64,000 nt of DNA, from NCBI RefSeq assembly GCF_009914755.1, contig NC_060928.1, one strand, 5' to 3'. This DNA comes from the human T2T-CHM13v2.0 reference genome, Homo sapiens. The position numbers and the translations under genes are program-made. Numbering within the stretch: position 1 is the stretch's first letter; the number at the start of each line of letters is the position of its first letter. The notes beneath the pieces are model-generated. The model searched no databases, was not told the DNA's origin, and was given only the letters and a program-made list of their open reading frames with translations. Positions 1 through 11,804 of the stretch are shown one piece after another.

Positions 1-852
1 CAGGTTCAACTGTTTAAAGTACTTTAAGTTATACCATACAGCTGTTTGGCTTTTTTGTTCCCATGTGGGCTCATAGTTGCTCACAGCTGCAGTCAATGAT
101 AAACGCTTATCTCAGGAGTCCAGGTCAGTTTGGTGCAGGTCAGCTGAGTTGGTATGAAACTGAAAACATGAATTGAATGCAGTCAAATGACCCAATTTTG
201 AGCAGTGCTTGTTAGCTGATTATTAAATAGGTTGTTTATTTGTTTGTTTTTGAGATTGTCAAGTTGATTTTATGTGGAAACTTGGGTTCTTGAGAAAATT
301 TTTAAAAATACCGTATTAAGGGCCTGTTCTGCATAAAGTCCTGTGCTGGTCTGTGGACAATGAATCGGAATAAATAAAATGTGCTATTCCTTGGCTTTTA
401 GAAGATGACAGTCTGATACAGGATGCAAAATATTAAAAAACAAAAAGCAAAGTTGTGGTGGGCTTCAGGAAATAAATTTGTTAGAGAGTAGGGTGCTTGG
501 GGAAGGTGTAGTGAGAGGTATGTAAAGGCCAGTATCAGTGATTACTTTGTGGCTTTTTGTGTAAGTGTGTGTTTGTGTGTATTTGTGTTGGGGGGTGTCT
601 GTTTAAAGTAGGGTGTAAACTTTAAAGCTTTGCATCTTAGGAATAAACAGTTGGGCGACATTGATGGAATGAGAAAAGGGCATTGGTAGGAGACAGGTAC
701 TTCTTCATCTAGAGGGACAAGGGCCTTTAACCAGATGCTTGATTGGCAGTGGGAAGGAGCTGTTGAGGAGCAAGAATAAGTGTGTCTTGATCACTGAATA
801 TGGACAAGGAGAAAGTAGAAAGTAAGGTTTTGTACTATTTAAATAATAAATG

Positions 853-1160
853 GGCCAGATGTGATGGTTCACACCTATAATTCTGGCCTTTGGTGAGGCT
901 GAGGCAGGCATACTGCTTGAGCTCAGGAGTTCGAGACCAGCCTGGGCAACATGGCAAAACCTCGTCTCTACAAAAAATACAAAATTTAGCCAGGCATAGT
1001 GTTGCACGCCTGTAGTCCTGCTGTTTGGAGGCTGGGGTGGGAGAATCACCTGTGTGTGGGAGGCAGAGTCTGCAAGTGAGCCAGGATCACACCACTGCAC
1101 TCTAGGATGGGTGACAGAGCGAGACTCTGTCTAAAAAAAAATAAGAAAGAAAGAAAAGAA
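853..1160 (+). mobile_element. Alu SINE (AluJ-like)
   Basis: Dimeric Alu with A-rich linker and tail; ctgcttgagctcaggagttcgagaccagcctgggcaac. Confidence 0.92.
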
Positions 1161-1324
1161 TGAATGTTTCTTCTCTAGTCTGTAAATCATTCTAAAACTT
1201 AAATCTGGACTCAGAGGCAGAATGCCCATTCCTGAATCTATGAAATTCTTTTGCATTGTTTTATTTTTAGCTGTGAGAAAATATTTTTAAAATTGGTATG
1301 TCCATGTGGCTATGGTTTTTTCAA

Positions 1325-1422
1325 GAATACTTTATTGTGGAATAATTTTAGATTACAGAAAAATTGCGGAGATGGTCTAGAAAGTTCTTGTAATATCCCC
1401 TACTGAGTTTCCCCTGTTAAAA
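1325..1422 (-). mobile_element. Old L1 (L1M-type) 3' end fragment
   Basis: ataattttagattacagaaaaattgc...gtttcccctgtt resembles antisense L1MC/MD 3' ends. Confidence 0.5.
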
Positions 1423-1424
1423 AC

Positions 1425-1728
1425 TTTTTTTTGTTTTTTTGGTTTTTTTAGATGGAATCTCGCTCTGTCACCCAGGCTGGGGTGCAGAGGCACAATCTCG
1501 GCTCACTGCAAGCTCTGCCACCCAGGTTCACGCCATTCTCCTGCCTCAGCCTCCTGAGTAGCTGGGAGTACAGGTGCCCACCACCACGCCTGGCTAATTT
1601 TTTTTGTATTTTTAGTAGAGACGGGGTTTCACCGTGTTAGCCAGGATGGTCTCGATCTCCTGACCTCATGATCCGCCCTCGGCCTCCCAAAGTGCTGGGA
1701 TTACAGGCGTGAGCCACCGTGCCTGGCC
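1425..1728 (-). mobile_element. AluY
   Basis: Y-type diagnostics gcaagctc..ggttcacgccattctcc and ccgtgttagccaggatggtctcgatctcc. Confidence 0.93.
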
Positions 1729-2043
1729 TAAGTGTTATATATTTTAAAAGTGTTCTTAGCTGAAATGGTCTTCTATTTTAGCTAATGGTTTTAGGTGTTG
1801 CTGTCTTATATCTAGTTAGTAAGTGTTTAAATACTTGCTATATGACTTTCACTTGGATTGTTTATACACTTTTTTATATTGGTCAGTTACTATATTATTT
1901 CAATAATCTTTTATTTGCCTTTATCAAACAACTTCATTACACTAGTAGCCTTCACTAGCATGAAAATTCTCTGGTGCAGTGGACTTGAGTTGATTTTGAT
2001 GTAGAATTTTGGAACTGGATTAGATGCAAGAGATTGCCTGATT

Positions 2044-2232
2044 TAGTGGTTCCCTTGACTGTACATTGAAACATCTGGGGAACTTTAAAAAGAAATCTTG
2101 CTGGGGTTCACCACCCACCCCCCACCTGAGAGGGATTCTGATTTAATCGATTTGGAGTGTGGCCTGGGCACCAGACTTTTAAAAAAGCTTCCACAGGAGA
2201 TTGTAAAGTACAGTGAAGTGTGAGAACCACTG
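2044..2232. mobile_element. MER5A-like hAT-Charlie DNA transposon relic
   Basis: Termini agtggttc... and ...tgagaaccactg; internal gattctgatttaat..ggagtgtggcctgggca. Confidence 0.75.
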
Positions 2233-4609
2233 TTACAGTTCCTCACTCTGTGGAAAAGAAAAATGAGACTCAGACTTATTAATCAAATTAATGTCTACTT
2301 TGGGGATCCAAAATCATTATTAAAATTGGTGAATTTAGAATGACTTTTAGAGGTCCGTCTTGGTAGTTTTAATAATTTGGAAATAAAACTGAACACTGTG
2401 AGAGTCTCTTATCCTAATCCTTTTAACTGACCTATCACTGACTTTCTAAGGTCTAATACAGGAGTGATTAGATTTTCCCAGGTATATGTAGTGTCTCCTT
2501 CTTGCTTCCTCCAGTTGCCCCCCAACATTTTCCTGAAATTGAATCTTTGCTGTTTCTTTGAGAAAATATCCCCTCCTTGAAAGTTATTTGTAGAATTCTT
2601 GTAGGCTGTTCAGAGACGGGTACTCTGCAAATTTGCAAGTACAGGATGTTTTAAATAAAACAGAATTAGCTAACCTTGCATTAAAAGGACATATACAAGC
2701 CTCATTGCTTAGCATGGTATACAGTCGATGTTCAATTAGTACTTGAGTAAACAAAAGAAGGGCCCGTGTTTTAATTTTTAAACATTTCTATCTCTCAGTC
2801 CATCTTTGCAATGATAAACTGAGTGGTTAGATACGGAATCTGACATTTTGCAAGTTGATTAACTTCTTTAGGCTTTGGTTTCCTTATAAAATTAGGGTTG
2901 AATAGATGCTTTCTAAGGTCTTTTCTAGCTCTAGCATTTTATGATTCTATAACCATTAATATTTGGCAATGTAATTTTAAGTAAATGATACATTATCACC
3001 TAGCAGTCCAAAGGAAAGAATTTTCTTAGCTAACTAGAAGGTTGTTCAACTAGAGAAGCAAGTAGAATTCAGTATGTTGGTGAAATGGCAAGAAAACTTA
3101 CTAGGTCGATCAGATGTAGAAAGGACAGTAATAGTGGATCCTTCTTTCTCAGCACATATTATTTATTGCCTATCTCTTACTGGTTGTGTTTACATCTATT
3201 GAAATCCCTTCACTCATAAAGTCTTTGTGTACTATATTTGGAGAATGCATACTCGGTATTACTGAACTCAGATTACAAACACATTCTTATGTTTTTCTCT
3301 CCTTCCACTCACATCACCTTTTTTTTTTTTTTAAAAAAAACAACCACCAAAAAACAAATTGAGATTACATCCAGAAACCAGTGACTATATTTAGCATTTA
3401 AGATCAAATGGTTAGTGATTGATGTTTAGCTATGTTATTGTGCTGATAATTTGTAAAATAATCTGCTTCTGGGGATAGGTAGCAGGCTGAATTTGTGATT
3501 GACTATGGAGATTTTAGAATCAAGAGATCTCTTGAATCAGAGACATAGAGGGAATTGGTGACTTGCTCAGGTTCTCAGATAGGATTTGATTCTGGATCTC
3601 AGTCAGATCCCTTCCCGTGTTACTATACTGCTTCTTATGAATTCTATATTAGGCCAAGTGGGCGAAGACAAATATTCTCTTTTGTTAGAAATGGGTATGA
3701 GGATAATCCGTGTACCATAGATATGATTGTTTGCTTAGAGAGCCAATCAGTTGTATAACCTATTATAAGTATATAGTATGAACCACTTTTTAAGTAGCTT
3801 ACATGTTTATTAAAGTGATGATTTTCAGATGTGAAGCAGTATTATAAAAATTTGATATTTCGAATTCAGAACATCCTATAACTTCCATAATATATTCCAA
3901 AATATAGTGTAAATCTCCCCAGAGATTAACACAGTGAAACTGTCAGCTAGTATGTTTCCTGTGATTCTCAAATTAGGGACAAGGAACAACCTTAAACTAT
4001 AGTGAGGAGACAATGAGATTTTTTTGAATTTTGAAAGGATACGTAGGTGAGAAAAAGTTGGCAAACACAGCATTTAAAGCCAATATGAAATTCCCGCTGA
4101 GTGGTTTTAATTTTCCGTTTTGATTGACAGCCACCTTTTGCACATTTCCTCGTCCTTGTTTTGACAAGATTTCAGAGGATTAGAAAATTGATTCTTCAGG
4201 CATTTCTCCTTCCCTTTGGCCTTAAACAAAGGTGGGAATGTTCAGTAATAGAATTCTGTCTTGAGAAGAAATACAGTTAATGGAAAGGAGATGATGAGTT
4301 TCTTTGTAAGAAGTTTCCAGGTAGGGGAACATGTAAGATGTTATCAGATGTTTCTCTAGTGGGACCAGTACTGAGCATTATTTTATTGTTCCACACCTGA
4401 ATTGACTCTGTATTTAGGAGAGTAGAAATTCCTGGAATTTAGTTTGAGCAGTATTACAGAAGACGTGGTAATTCTTAAGTGTGACTTTGGTCTTTCTCAA
4501 GGAATAAAACAGCACTTTTGTCTATTGGCAGACCTCTGCCATTTAATTAGTAAATGCATCCCTTATGCCTCACAATGCACTCTTTTTTTTTTTTTAAACA
4601 TTTATTTTT

Positions 4610-4800
4610 AATATAACACTTATAGCTATAAAATTTCCTCTCGGTACTATTTTAATTACATCTCACAAATTTTGATATGTTTTAGTTAGTGTTGAGTTCT
4701 AAATATTTGCTTATTTCTATTATAACTTTTACTTTGATTCATAGGTTATCAAAAACTTATTGCCAAGTTTCCAAATATTTGAAGATTTTTCTAGATATAT
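4610..4800 (-). mobile_element. Old L1 ORF2 fragment
   Basis: tatagctataaaatttcctctc..cacaaattttgatatgt..ttccaaatatttg resembles antisense L1M ORF2. Confidence 0.6.
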
Positions 4801-4804
4801 GAGC

Positions 4805-5035
4805 TACTTATTCCCTTATAAAAGTTACTGTAAAACTTAGGCTTAAAACACTGTGTACTTGTTATGTCTCAATTTCTGTAGGTCAGGGAACTAAGGATGG
4901 CTTAGCAGATTCCAGTGCTTCAGGTTCTTTTACAAATCTGTAATCATCCTCTGGCTGGGGCTACAGTTTTATATGAAGGCTTGATTGAGGAAGGATCCAC
5001 TTCCAAGCTGGCTGTTGGCAGGACTCAGTTTCTCA
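4805..5035. mobile_element. MLT1-type MaLR LTR fragment
   Basis: ggcttaaaaca..tttctgtaggtcagg..gaaggatccacttccaagct..ggctgttggcaggactcagtttc. Confidence 0.65.
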
Positions 5036-5309
5036 ATAGAAATGAAAAATCTTTTGAAAGTGTCATTCTACTTAACATCCCACAGCACTTGAAATTGTTT
5101 TATATATTTTACTGCTGCGTGTTGTTAACTTCTGAATATATTGTTACTAATTTTCTTTGAACAATTTTTATAACACAACTAAAAAAAGAAAAGAATCTCT
5201 GTTTAATCCCTATGTGTTATATCTACTTTCTGAATTCTTTTCTATAAATTATGATTTGTATGTAATTTTTTTTTTAGCCTGAGGAACTTTTTTTTTGCAT
5301 TTAAAAAAA

Positions 5310-5578
5310 ATTATACTTTAAGTTCTAGGGTACATGTGCACAATGTGCAGGTTTGATACATAGGTATACATGTGCCCATTTTGGTTTGCTGCACTGATCA
5401 ACTCATCATTTACATTAGGTATTTCTCCTAATGCTATCCCTCCCCCAGCTCCCAACCACCCACATGGACAGGCCCCAGTGTGTGATGTTCCCCGCCCTGT
5501 ATCCAAGTGATCTCATTGTTCAATTCCCACCTATGAGTGAGAACCTGCGGTGTTTGGTTTTCTGTCCTTGTGATAGTT
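5310..5578 (-). mobile_element. L1PA 3' end (about L1PA7/8), heavily 5'-truncated
   Basis: ttatactttaagttctagggtacatgtgcacaa...ctcattgttcaattcccacctatgagtgagaac. Confidence 0.9.
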
Positions 5579-5582
5579 GTTG

Positions 5583-5760
5583 CAGTTGGTCTCGATATCT
5601 GCAGGTGCAGCGTCCAACTAACGATGGATGGGAAATATTAAGAAAAACCCCCAAACCCAAAAATAACAATGCAACAATAAACAATACAAACAAGAAATAT
5701 AGTATAACAACCATTTGCAGAGTGTTTATATTGTATTGTTTAAAATAACCTAGACATTTA
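5583..5760 (+). mobile_element. MER2-like TcMar-Tigger fragment
   Basis: Similar to the MER2 copy at 19146 (aataacaatgcaacaata..tagtataacaaccatttgca..attgtatt). Confidence 0.65.
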
Positions 5761-7799
5761 CCCAGTACAGTATCTACCCAATTTACAGCTAAAGAGGGGC
5801 TCAGGAATATGTATTATTTAAGAAGCTCAGTGACTCCAGTGCTCAATTTAGGAACCATTTTCTCCCACTTAGCTGGTTCATTGGCCTTTCACTTTATTTG
5901 GCTGGTCAGGATTCTTGCATTGTCTGTCCATTCAAGCTGAAGAAAAGATACTGCCCAATTGCACCTTCTTCACATAACACTTCATGACCTATAAATGTCA
6001 ATAAACATATGCCAGACTCCATTAACCATGAAGTTAGGACTGCAGCTTTGCCCCTTGAAAGGATCTTAGGTGGTTATAGCTGAGTATGTCTGAATGAAAC
6101 TGCTGTGTGATAGCAGTAAAAATGCTGGCCTAGGGTGTACCGTTCAGTGGTGATTGAAAAAAAAGAAAAAAAGCCAACTAACAGGGCTACTGCTAAGCAA
6201 GTGGGAGAGGAGGGGCATTACTGTTTTTATCTATTATTGCTAATACTCCCAAATTATGTGCTTATTGTGTTCTTTATAGTTTGGGAATCATAAACCCATA
6301 CTCTTTTAAAGTGGTTTCTAGGGTTTCGGAGTCAGACCTTTGACTTAACTGACTATGTCTGTTAGCCAAAATGGATAAGAATGGCTTTTTAAAAGAACAT
6401 GTTTTACAGGACCAGAAGTTTTGTTGCACTTGGTATCTGTAATCTTCGTATCTGTCTAAAGGAATTCTTCACCAAGTCCGTTCTTCAGGGGGAAGGGGAA
6501 ACCTTATGAGACAACAGCTTTCTATTGCCATGGTTTTCCTTGTGAATCATAATGTCCGTTTTCTCATTTGGACCTTGAAAAACACTCCCAACATATCTCT
6601 GCTGCTAGAATGTCATGGTTTAAGAAAGGAATGGTCCTTCTTTTAGGACAGTTCTTTGAGTATTTGAAGTTATTCCACTCATTTTCCTTTCTTCCTATGG
6701 CAGTGGCAGTGGCATGAAGGTTGAGGTAGGGAAGCTGGGTTTTGAGGAATTGGGGTAGGGACCGAGACAGGCAGCAGCCAGGTGTAGTAAATGTCTATGG
6801 TGGGGCTAGCAGATGGTGCCTGGGGGTGTACTTCTAATTTTGGTTGTTTAAAATACTTGTTTTATTTGACATTTCAGAGTTATAGTAGAAGTTTATAATA
6901 TTTTCTTCTTAAAGGAGATAAATATTAACTAGAAGGTTTTAATGATTTTTATTCTTAAGAGGGCCTGCATTGTATTTTTGCCAAAAGTAAAAAGAGGCAA
7001 TAGTCCTCTTAATTTCCTTCAACTTCACTCCCCAACCAGCAATAAATTCCAGGAACTGCATGCAGATCAGTGATCCTTTATCTTTCATTGTTCTCCTTAT
7101 GTGGGAAAGCATTATTACTTAGGTGTAAATGTAGATTGTAGTTGAACAAAAAGCAAAGGAAGACATATCCCTTTCCTTTGGCTCTCCTTTTTGTGTCTTG
7201 AGTCTAAAAGGACTTTAAGATTATCTAGTTAATCTCCAGTCTCCCAACAGGCAGTACCTAAACCATCTTTGTTGAGAGCACTTGTAAGGTTATCAGAGGT
7301 CATTAAAAAATTTCCTACCCAAATCTCTCTGCTTTTAAATAGCTAACACCTTTCCTTTACAGAGTTCCTTTATTGAACATTTTGTGTAAATATTCTCTTT
7401 GTGGGCAGGGAGAAGTAGGTAATTACCAGTAGCAACCCTTGGTGGTCGCAAACAAAAAAAAAGTTCAGAGATGACTATAGTCACCTATTCAGGAGAGCAT
7501 CCAGAGTATGTTGGCACACAAAACCAAGTCTTTTTAATTTATGCAATTTGCTCAATATTAATTGAATCAACTGAGAAGGGTGAAATTTTACTAGCGTTAT
7601 TTGCCAGGTTGGACCTTGGAACCTGAAGGAACCAGAAATTATCATTGACAACCTCGCTAGAGGCCCTTACTCAAGTTTCACTCTTATTTGGGTTTTTTGG
7701 AGACTGGCTAATCCCCCTTTTCTTTAAAATTGAAACAATAGCCGTAGCTGTATAAGGGCTAGCGTTTAAGTGTTTTATAATCTCACTTTATTTGGTCTT

Positions 7800-7950
7800 A
7801 ACGGCAACACTATAAAGTGTAGGTATGATCCTTAATTTTTATATGGTGAAATGAAAGCTTAGAGATATTTAAGTAACTGTCCCAGAATCTTACAGCAATA
7901 AGTAGCAAAGTTAGGATTTCGACTGGGTCTGATGCCAAAATACTTCCCTC
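7800..7950 (+). mobile_element. MIR SINE fragment
   Basis: agagatatttaagtaactgtcccagaatcttacagcaataagtagcaaag MIR core. Confidence 0.6.
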
Positions 7951-8159
7951 AGTTGTTTTCCTCTGCCACCTCTGTGGTTTGCAGCGCCCGTCCACAGTGT
8001 CTCCCTCAGCCCCTTTCCTGGATCACGCAGCTGTTTATTTTGCATCACCCTCCTTCCATTTTACAAACAACAAGTTGTACCCTCAGATTCCACTGTTAGG
8101 CAAATATGGTTGGACATCACTATTCTCTTAGGAAAAATGTGTTGCTTCAATCTGTATGG

Positions 8160-8420
8160 AGAAAATTCTTTTATTTTGATTTAAGTACATATAGTGGGAT
8201 CAACCTATAGATGTTTTCAAGAAAACTGAGTGTAGTGTTGTTCCAAGAAAATTCTTTTATTTTGATTTAAGTACATATAGTGGGATCAACCTATAGATGT
8301 TTTCAAGAAAACTGAGTGTAGTGTTGTTCCAAGAAAATTCTTTTATTTTGATTTAAGTACATATAGTGGGATCAACCTATAGATGTTTTCAAGAAAACTG
8401 AGTGTAGTGTTGTTCCAAGA
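8160..8420. repeat. Perfect tandem repeat, 3 x 86 bp
   Basis: Copies start at 8161, 8247 and 8333; base-by-base reading shows no mismatches. Confidence 0.97.
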
Positions 8421-9084
8421 GGTCTCTTAAAAAGAGTATTTCAGAATCGTCTGACCACTGAAAAATTATTCATACACATATTACAGCAAATTAAATTTTA
8501 GTGACTTTTTCTCAGCATTCAAGATTATAATAACAATTCTACAACTTGACCTCTTCATTAGAAATGTGGAAGTGATTTAAACTGACAGTGTGAACAATAG
8601 TGTTCTCAACTCGTATAGCAGCATCCTATTTATAGATGGAAGCAGCTGCATCCTTTTTCTTTATTTAGGAGGAATACTATTGTTCTCAGATCATCAGGTG
8701 GATGATCCTGTGGGGAAAATGTGATTGAGCCAATTATAACACAGGTATTATTGATCTCCCTCCAATCAAGCTTTTATTCATCTATATGGAAAAAAACCCA
8801 CATTTAAACTCTAATAGCTAAGTATGAAATGTGATGCTGAATTCATATTAATTGGACACTTACATAGTTGTTTTAGTCTAATGAGATTATTTCATCAAGA
8901 AGCTATCTTTGTTCAACATTTCTAGTTGTGCAAAGGCTTTAGTCTGTTACGTATACTATAGACACATGTCTATTCACATTTAAAATTGTAGTTATTTTAT
9001 GAAATGTACCTTTTACTGATTCCCATTCTTTCCTATCAACAACTGATAGTTGTGCTTTTATATAAAATGTTAATAATATCTGAT

Positions 9085-9290
9085 ACTTACAGAAAGCCAG
9101 GCACTGTGCTTTATATTTTGCCTGTTTTATCTTACTTAATTCTCTCCCAACCCAGTGAAGAACATGTTTTCTCACATTATACAGATGAGGACAGTTGATA
9201 TACTTTGCCTAAGGTCATACATTACACAGTAAATGCTAGAACTGAAGCTTCAAACCCATCTGTTTCTGATTTTAAATCCTCACTCATGTA
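9085..9290 (+). mobile_element. MIR SINE
   Basis: gccaggcactgtgct..tacagatgaggaca..ttgcctaaggtcatac. Confidence 0.7.
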
Positions 9291-10234
9291 ACATGGATAT
9301 TGTTGGCAGTGTTGGGACTATGGCTAGAAAGTGTTTGTTTCACTTATTTCAATAGCAAACTTCAGTAGCAATTTGAAGAAAGTCAACTTCAAACTAACTG
9401 CATTGCCTGCGCACAGAGCTTAGACCAGAGTTAGGTATGTATCTTTAACATGATATTCAGTATATCTTTTTCTGTATGTAGCAAACTATATGGATGAAGA
9501 TCTGTTACTTTGTGCCTTAAAATAACGACTCCAAAAGGAAGTGGATTTGATTTAAGTGAATTTGTAGTGCATGCTCTATTCACCTATTCCTGTACATCAT
9601 TTTTTTTTCTCTTCCACAATGAAATTTTTTGAGTACGATGTAGGAAATCATCTTAAAGTGGAGTGTACTTACCCACATCAGGGTTTAAAAGGTAAAATTT
9701 CTTCTATAGCTTTGTCTATATTACATTTTTACCCTTCCATTTGAAACTAATTAGAAATATTAGTGATCAAGTATCCGAACCTAATTAGAAATTAAAGTTT
9801 TTTTAATCATAGGTTTTGAATTCATAGCTTAAAAAAATGCTTCTGATTGAAGATAAGATGGGAATTTACATGGGATAAAAGAAAAAAGTACCTTAAATGA
9901 GGACATTCCCATGTATGATTAAAAAAACATTCTGGATGTAAACATTAAAAACGGATTTCTGTGTGTCATCCTAAAGATTTTGAGATTCATGTATTAATTT
10001 GTTTTCAGAAATTAAAGGGATTACAATTGTTAGTAAAATTGAACTTCGTAATAATATTTTCTCTGGTATTAGTTTCAGAAAGCCAGTGATTAGAAGAGAT
10101 GTTAACTGTGTTTGGAGGTAGTTTCTTTATGAATAGTTAAAATTGTATTTTCAAAAATTTGTATCATAAACAATATGTAGTTTCCCTGTAGGTTTTCTTT
10201 TTGCGAAGTGTTACTTAATTGAAGAAATAATTTA

Positions 10235-10543
10235 GGCTGGGCACCGTGGTTTATGCCTGTAATCCCAGCACTTTGGGAGGCCAAGGCAGGTGGATTGCCG
10301 AGCCCAGGAGTTTGAGACTAGCCTGAGCAACATGGTGAAACCCTGTTTCTACCAAAAATACAAAAATTAGCCAGGTGTGGTGACACTTGCCTGTAGTCCC
10401 AGCTACTCAGGGGGCTGAGGCAGGAGGATCGATTGAGCCTGTGAGCCCAAGAGGTCAAGGCTGCAATGAGCCATGATCACGCCACTGCACTCCAGCCTGG
10501 GTGACAGAGCAAGGTCCTGTCTCAAAAATAAAAATAAAAAAAA
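10235..10543 (+). mobile_element. Alu (AluJ-like)
   Basis: Full dimer; gaggtcaaggctgcaatgagcc. Confidence 0.92.
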
Positions 10544-10914
10544 TTTAGATTGTGATGGCAGTTATGATAGTTAATCACAGCCAAACATAATTGCTTATCT
10601 TCATACATATTAAATTTGATTCCTTGTGTGATCAGGTTTGATGCATAAACCAAGGATGGTGATAACTTTCAAGAATCTAACTGGTGCTTAATAGAGGAAG
10701 TTAAGACTTTTAAAAAGTGAGCTATAGTAATTTAGATTATCTTCCAAATCTATTCTAAACTTTTATAGTCTTTTAAAGCATGCATCATAACGTTCTGGAG
10801 AGAAAAATCTGCAGAATGCAGCATGCAAACAGCTGTAAAGTAAACCGTAAATTTTGTTCATTTATATGTTGTCTCTAACATATTTTTAAGTGTTTGTTAA
10901 AAATCTGGAATCTT

Positions 10915-11222
10915 TGCTGGGTGTGGTAGGTCGTGCTTGTAATCCCAGCACTTTGGGAGGCTGAGGTGGGATGATTGCTTAAAGCCAAGAGTTTAATACT
11001 CGCCTGAGCAATATAGTGAGACTGTGTTTCTTCAAAAAAAAAAAAAAAAAAAATAGCTGGATGTGGTAGCGTGTACTTGTAGTCCCAAGTAGCTGGGACT
11101 ACAAGTACAAGGCAAGAGGATTGTTTGAGCCCAGGAGTTTGGGGGTTACAGTGAGCTATGATAACACTGCACTCCAGCCTGGATGACAGAGTGAGATACT
11201 GTCTCTTAAAAAAAAAAAAAAA
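10915..11222 (+). mobile_element. Alu (AluJ-like) with an internal hairpin rearrangement
   Basis: Dimer with expanded A linker; degenerate TSD tctggaatctt / tctgggaatctt. Confidence 0.9.
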
Positions 11223-11439
11223 GGTCTGGGAATCTTTATATTGAAAAAATTAATTATTATAATTGTTCTTAGAAAATAATTTTCAACCACCTGGGAAGCA
11301 TATTCGTAAATCTTTACACTTAAAATTCAGGTTTGTTGTATATATTAATGAACCTGGATTGTAGAACCTACTTAAATCCTGCCTACATCTGCACAGTGTC
11401 TGCCAGCTATCAAAATAGAACCTAAGGGTTTTGCTGGTG

Positions 11440-11640
11440 TTCTCTCATTTAATGAGGTACCAGGTAACAAAAAGAAGATTCTAGATTATAGCCCTCAGCC
11501 ACCCTGTGCATTGAGTTTTCAAATGGAATTGATTCTCAGGTTATAAGTAACTTGTCCACAGTTAAAAACCATGCAAGTTGCAGAGGTGTAGATTTTATCT
11601 CAGCCTGGCTCCAGAGATCAGTCTGTTACCCACAGTGCCA
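11440..11640 (+). mobile_element. MIR SINE interrupted by a 38-bp insertion
   Basis: tctcatttaat[insert]ccctcagccaccctgtg...aagtaacttgtccacag...ggctccagag. Confidence 0.6.
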
Positions 11641-11804
11641 GCATGCAAGGTATATTAAAGTACACATTTTAAGTTGTCTCTTTTATTGTTCCTTGTAATT
11701 TTTTTTTCCGTAAGATTACCCAGGGAGGAAGAAATAGATGAAATACCAGAGAGGTTAGGCAGTGGACTATAATCTAGAATCTTCTTTTTGTTACCTGGTA
11801 CCTC
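11454..11804. repeat. Perfect 38-bp inverted repeat (11454-11491 / 11767-11804), 275-bp spacer
   Basis: gaggtaccaggtaacaaaaagaagattctagattatag and its exact reverse complement. Confidence 0.95.

Noticed and set aside
6728-6760. G-quadruplex-like G-run cluster
   Set aside because: One loop is about 12 nt long, making a weak candidate with no other support.
8160-8420. CRISPR-like array
   Set aside because: The units are contiguous and identical with no unique spacers, there are no cas genes, and the context is primate intronic DNA.
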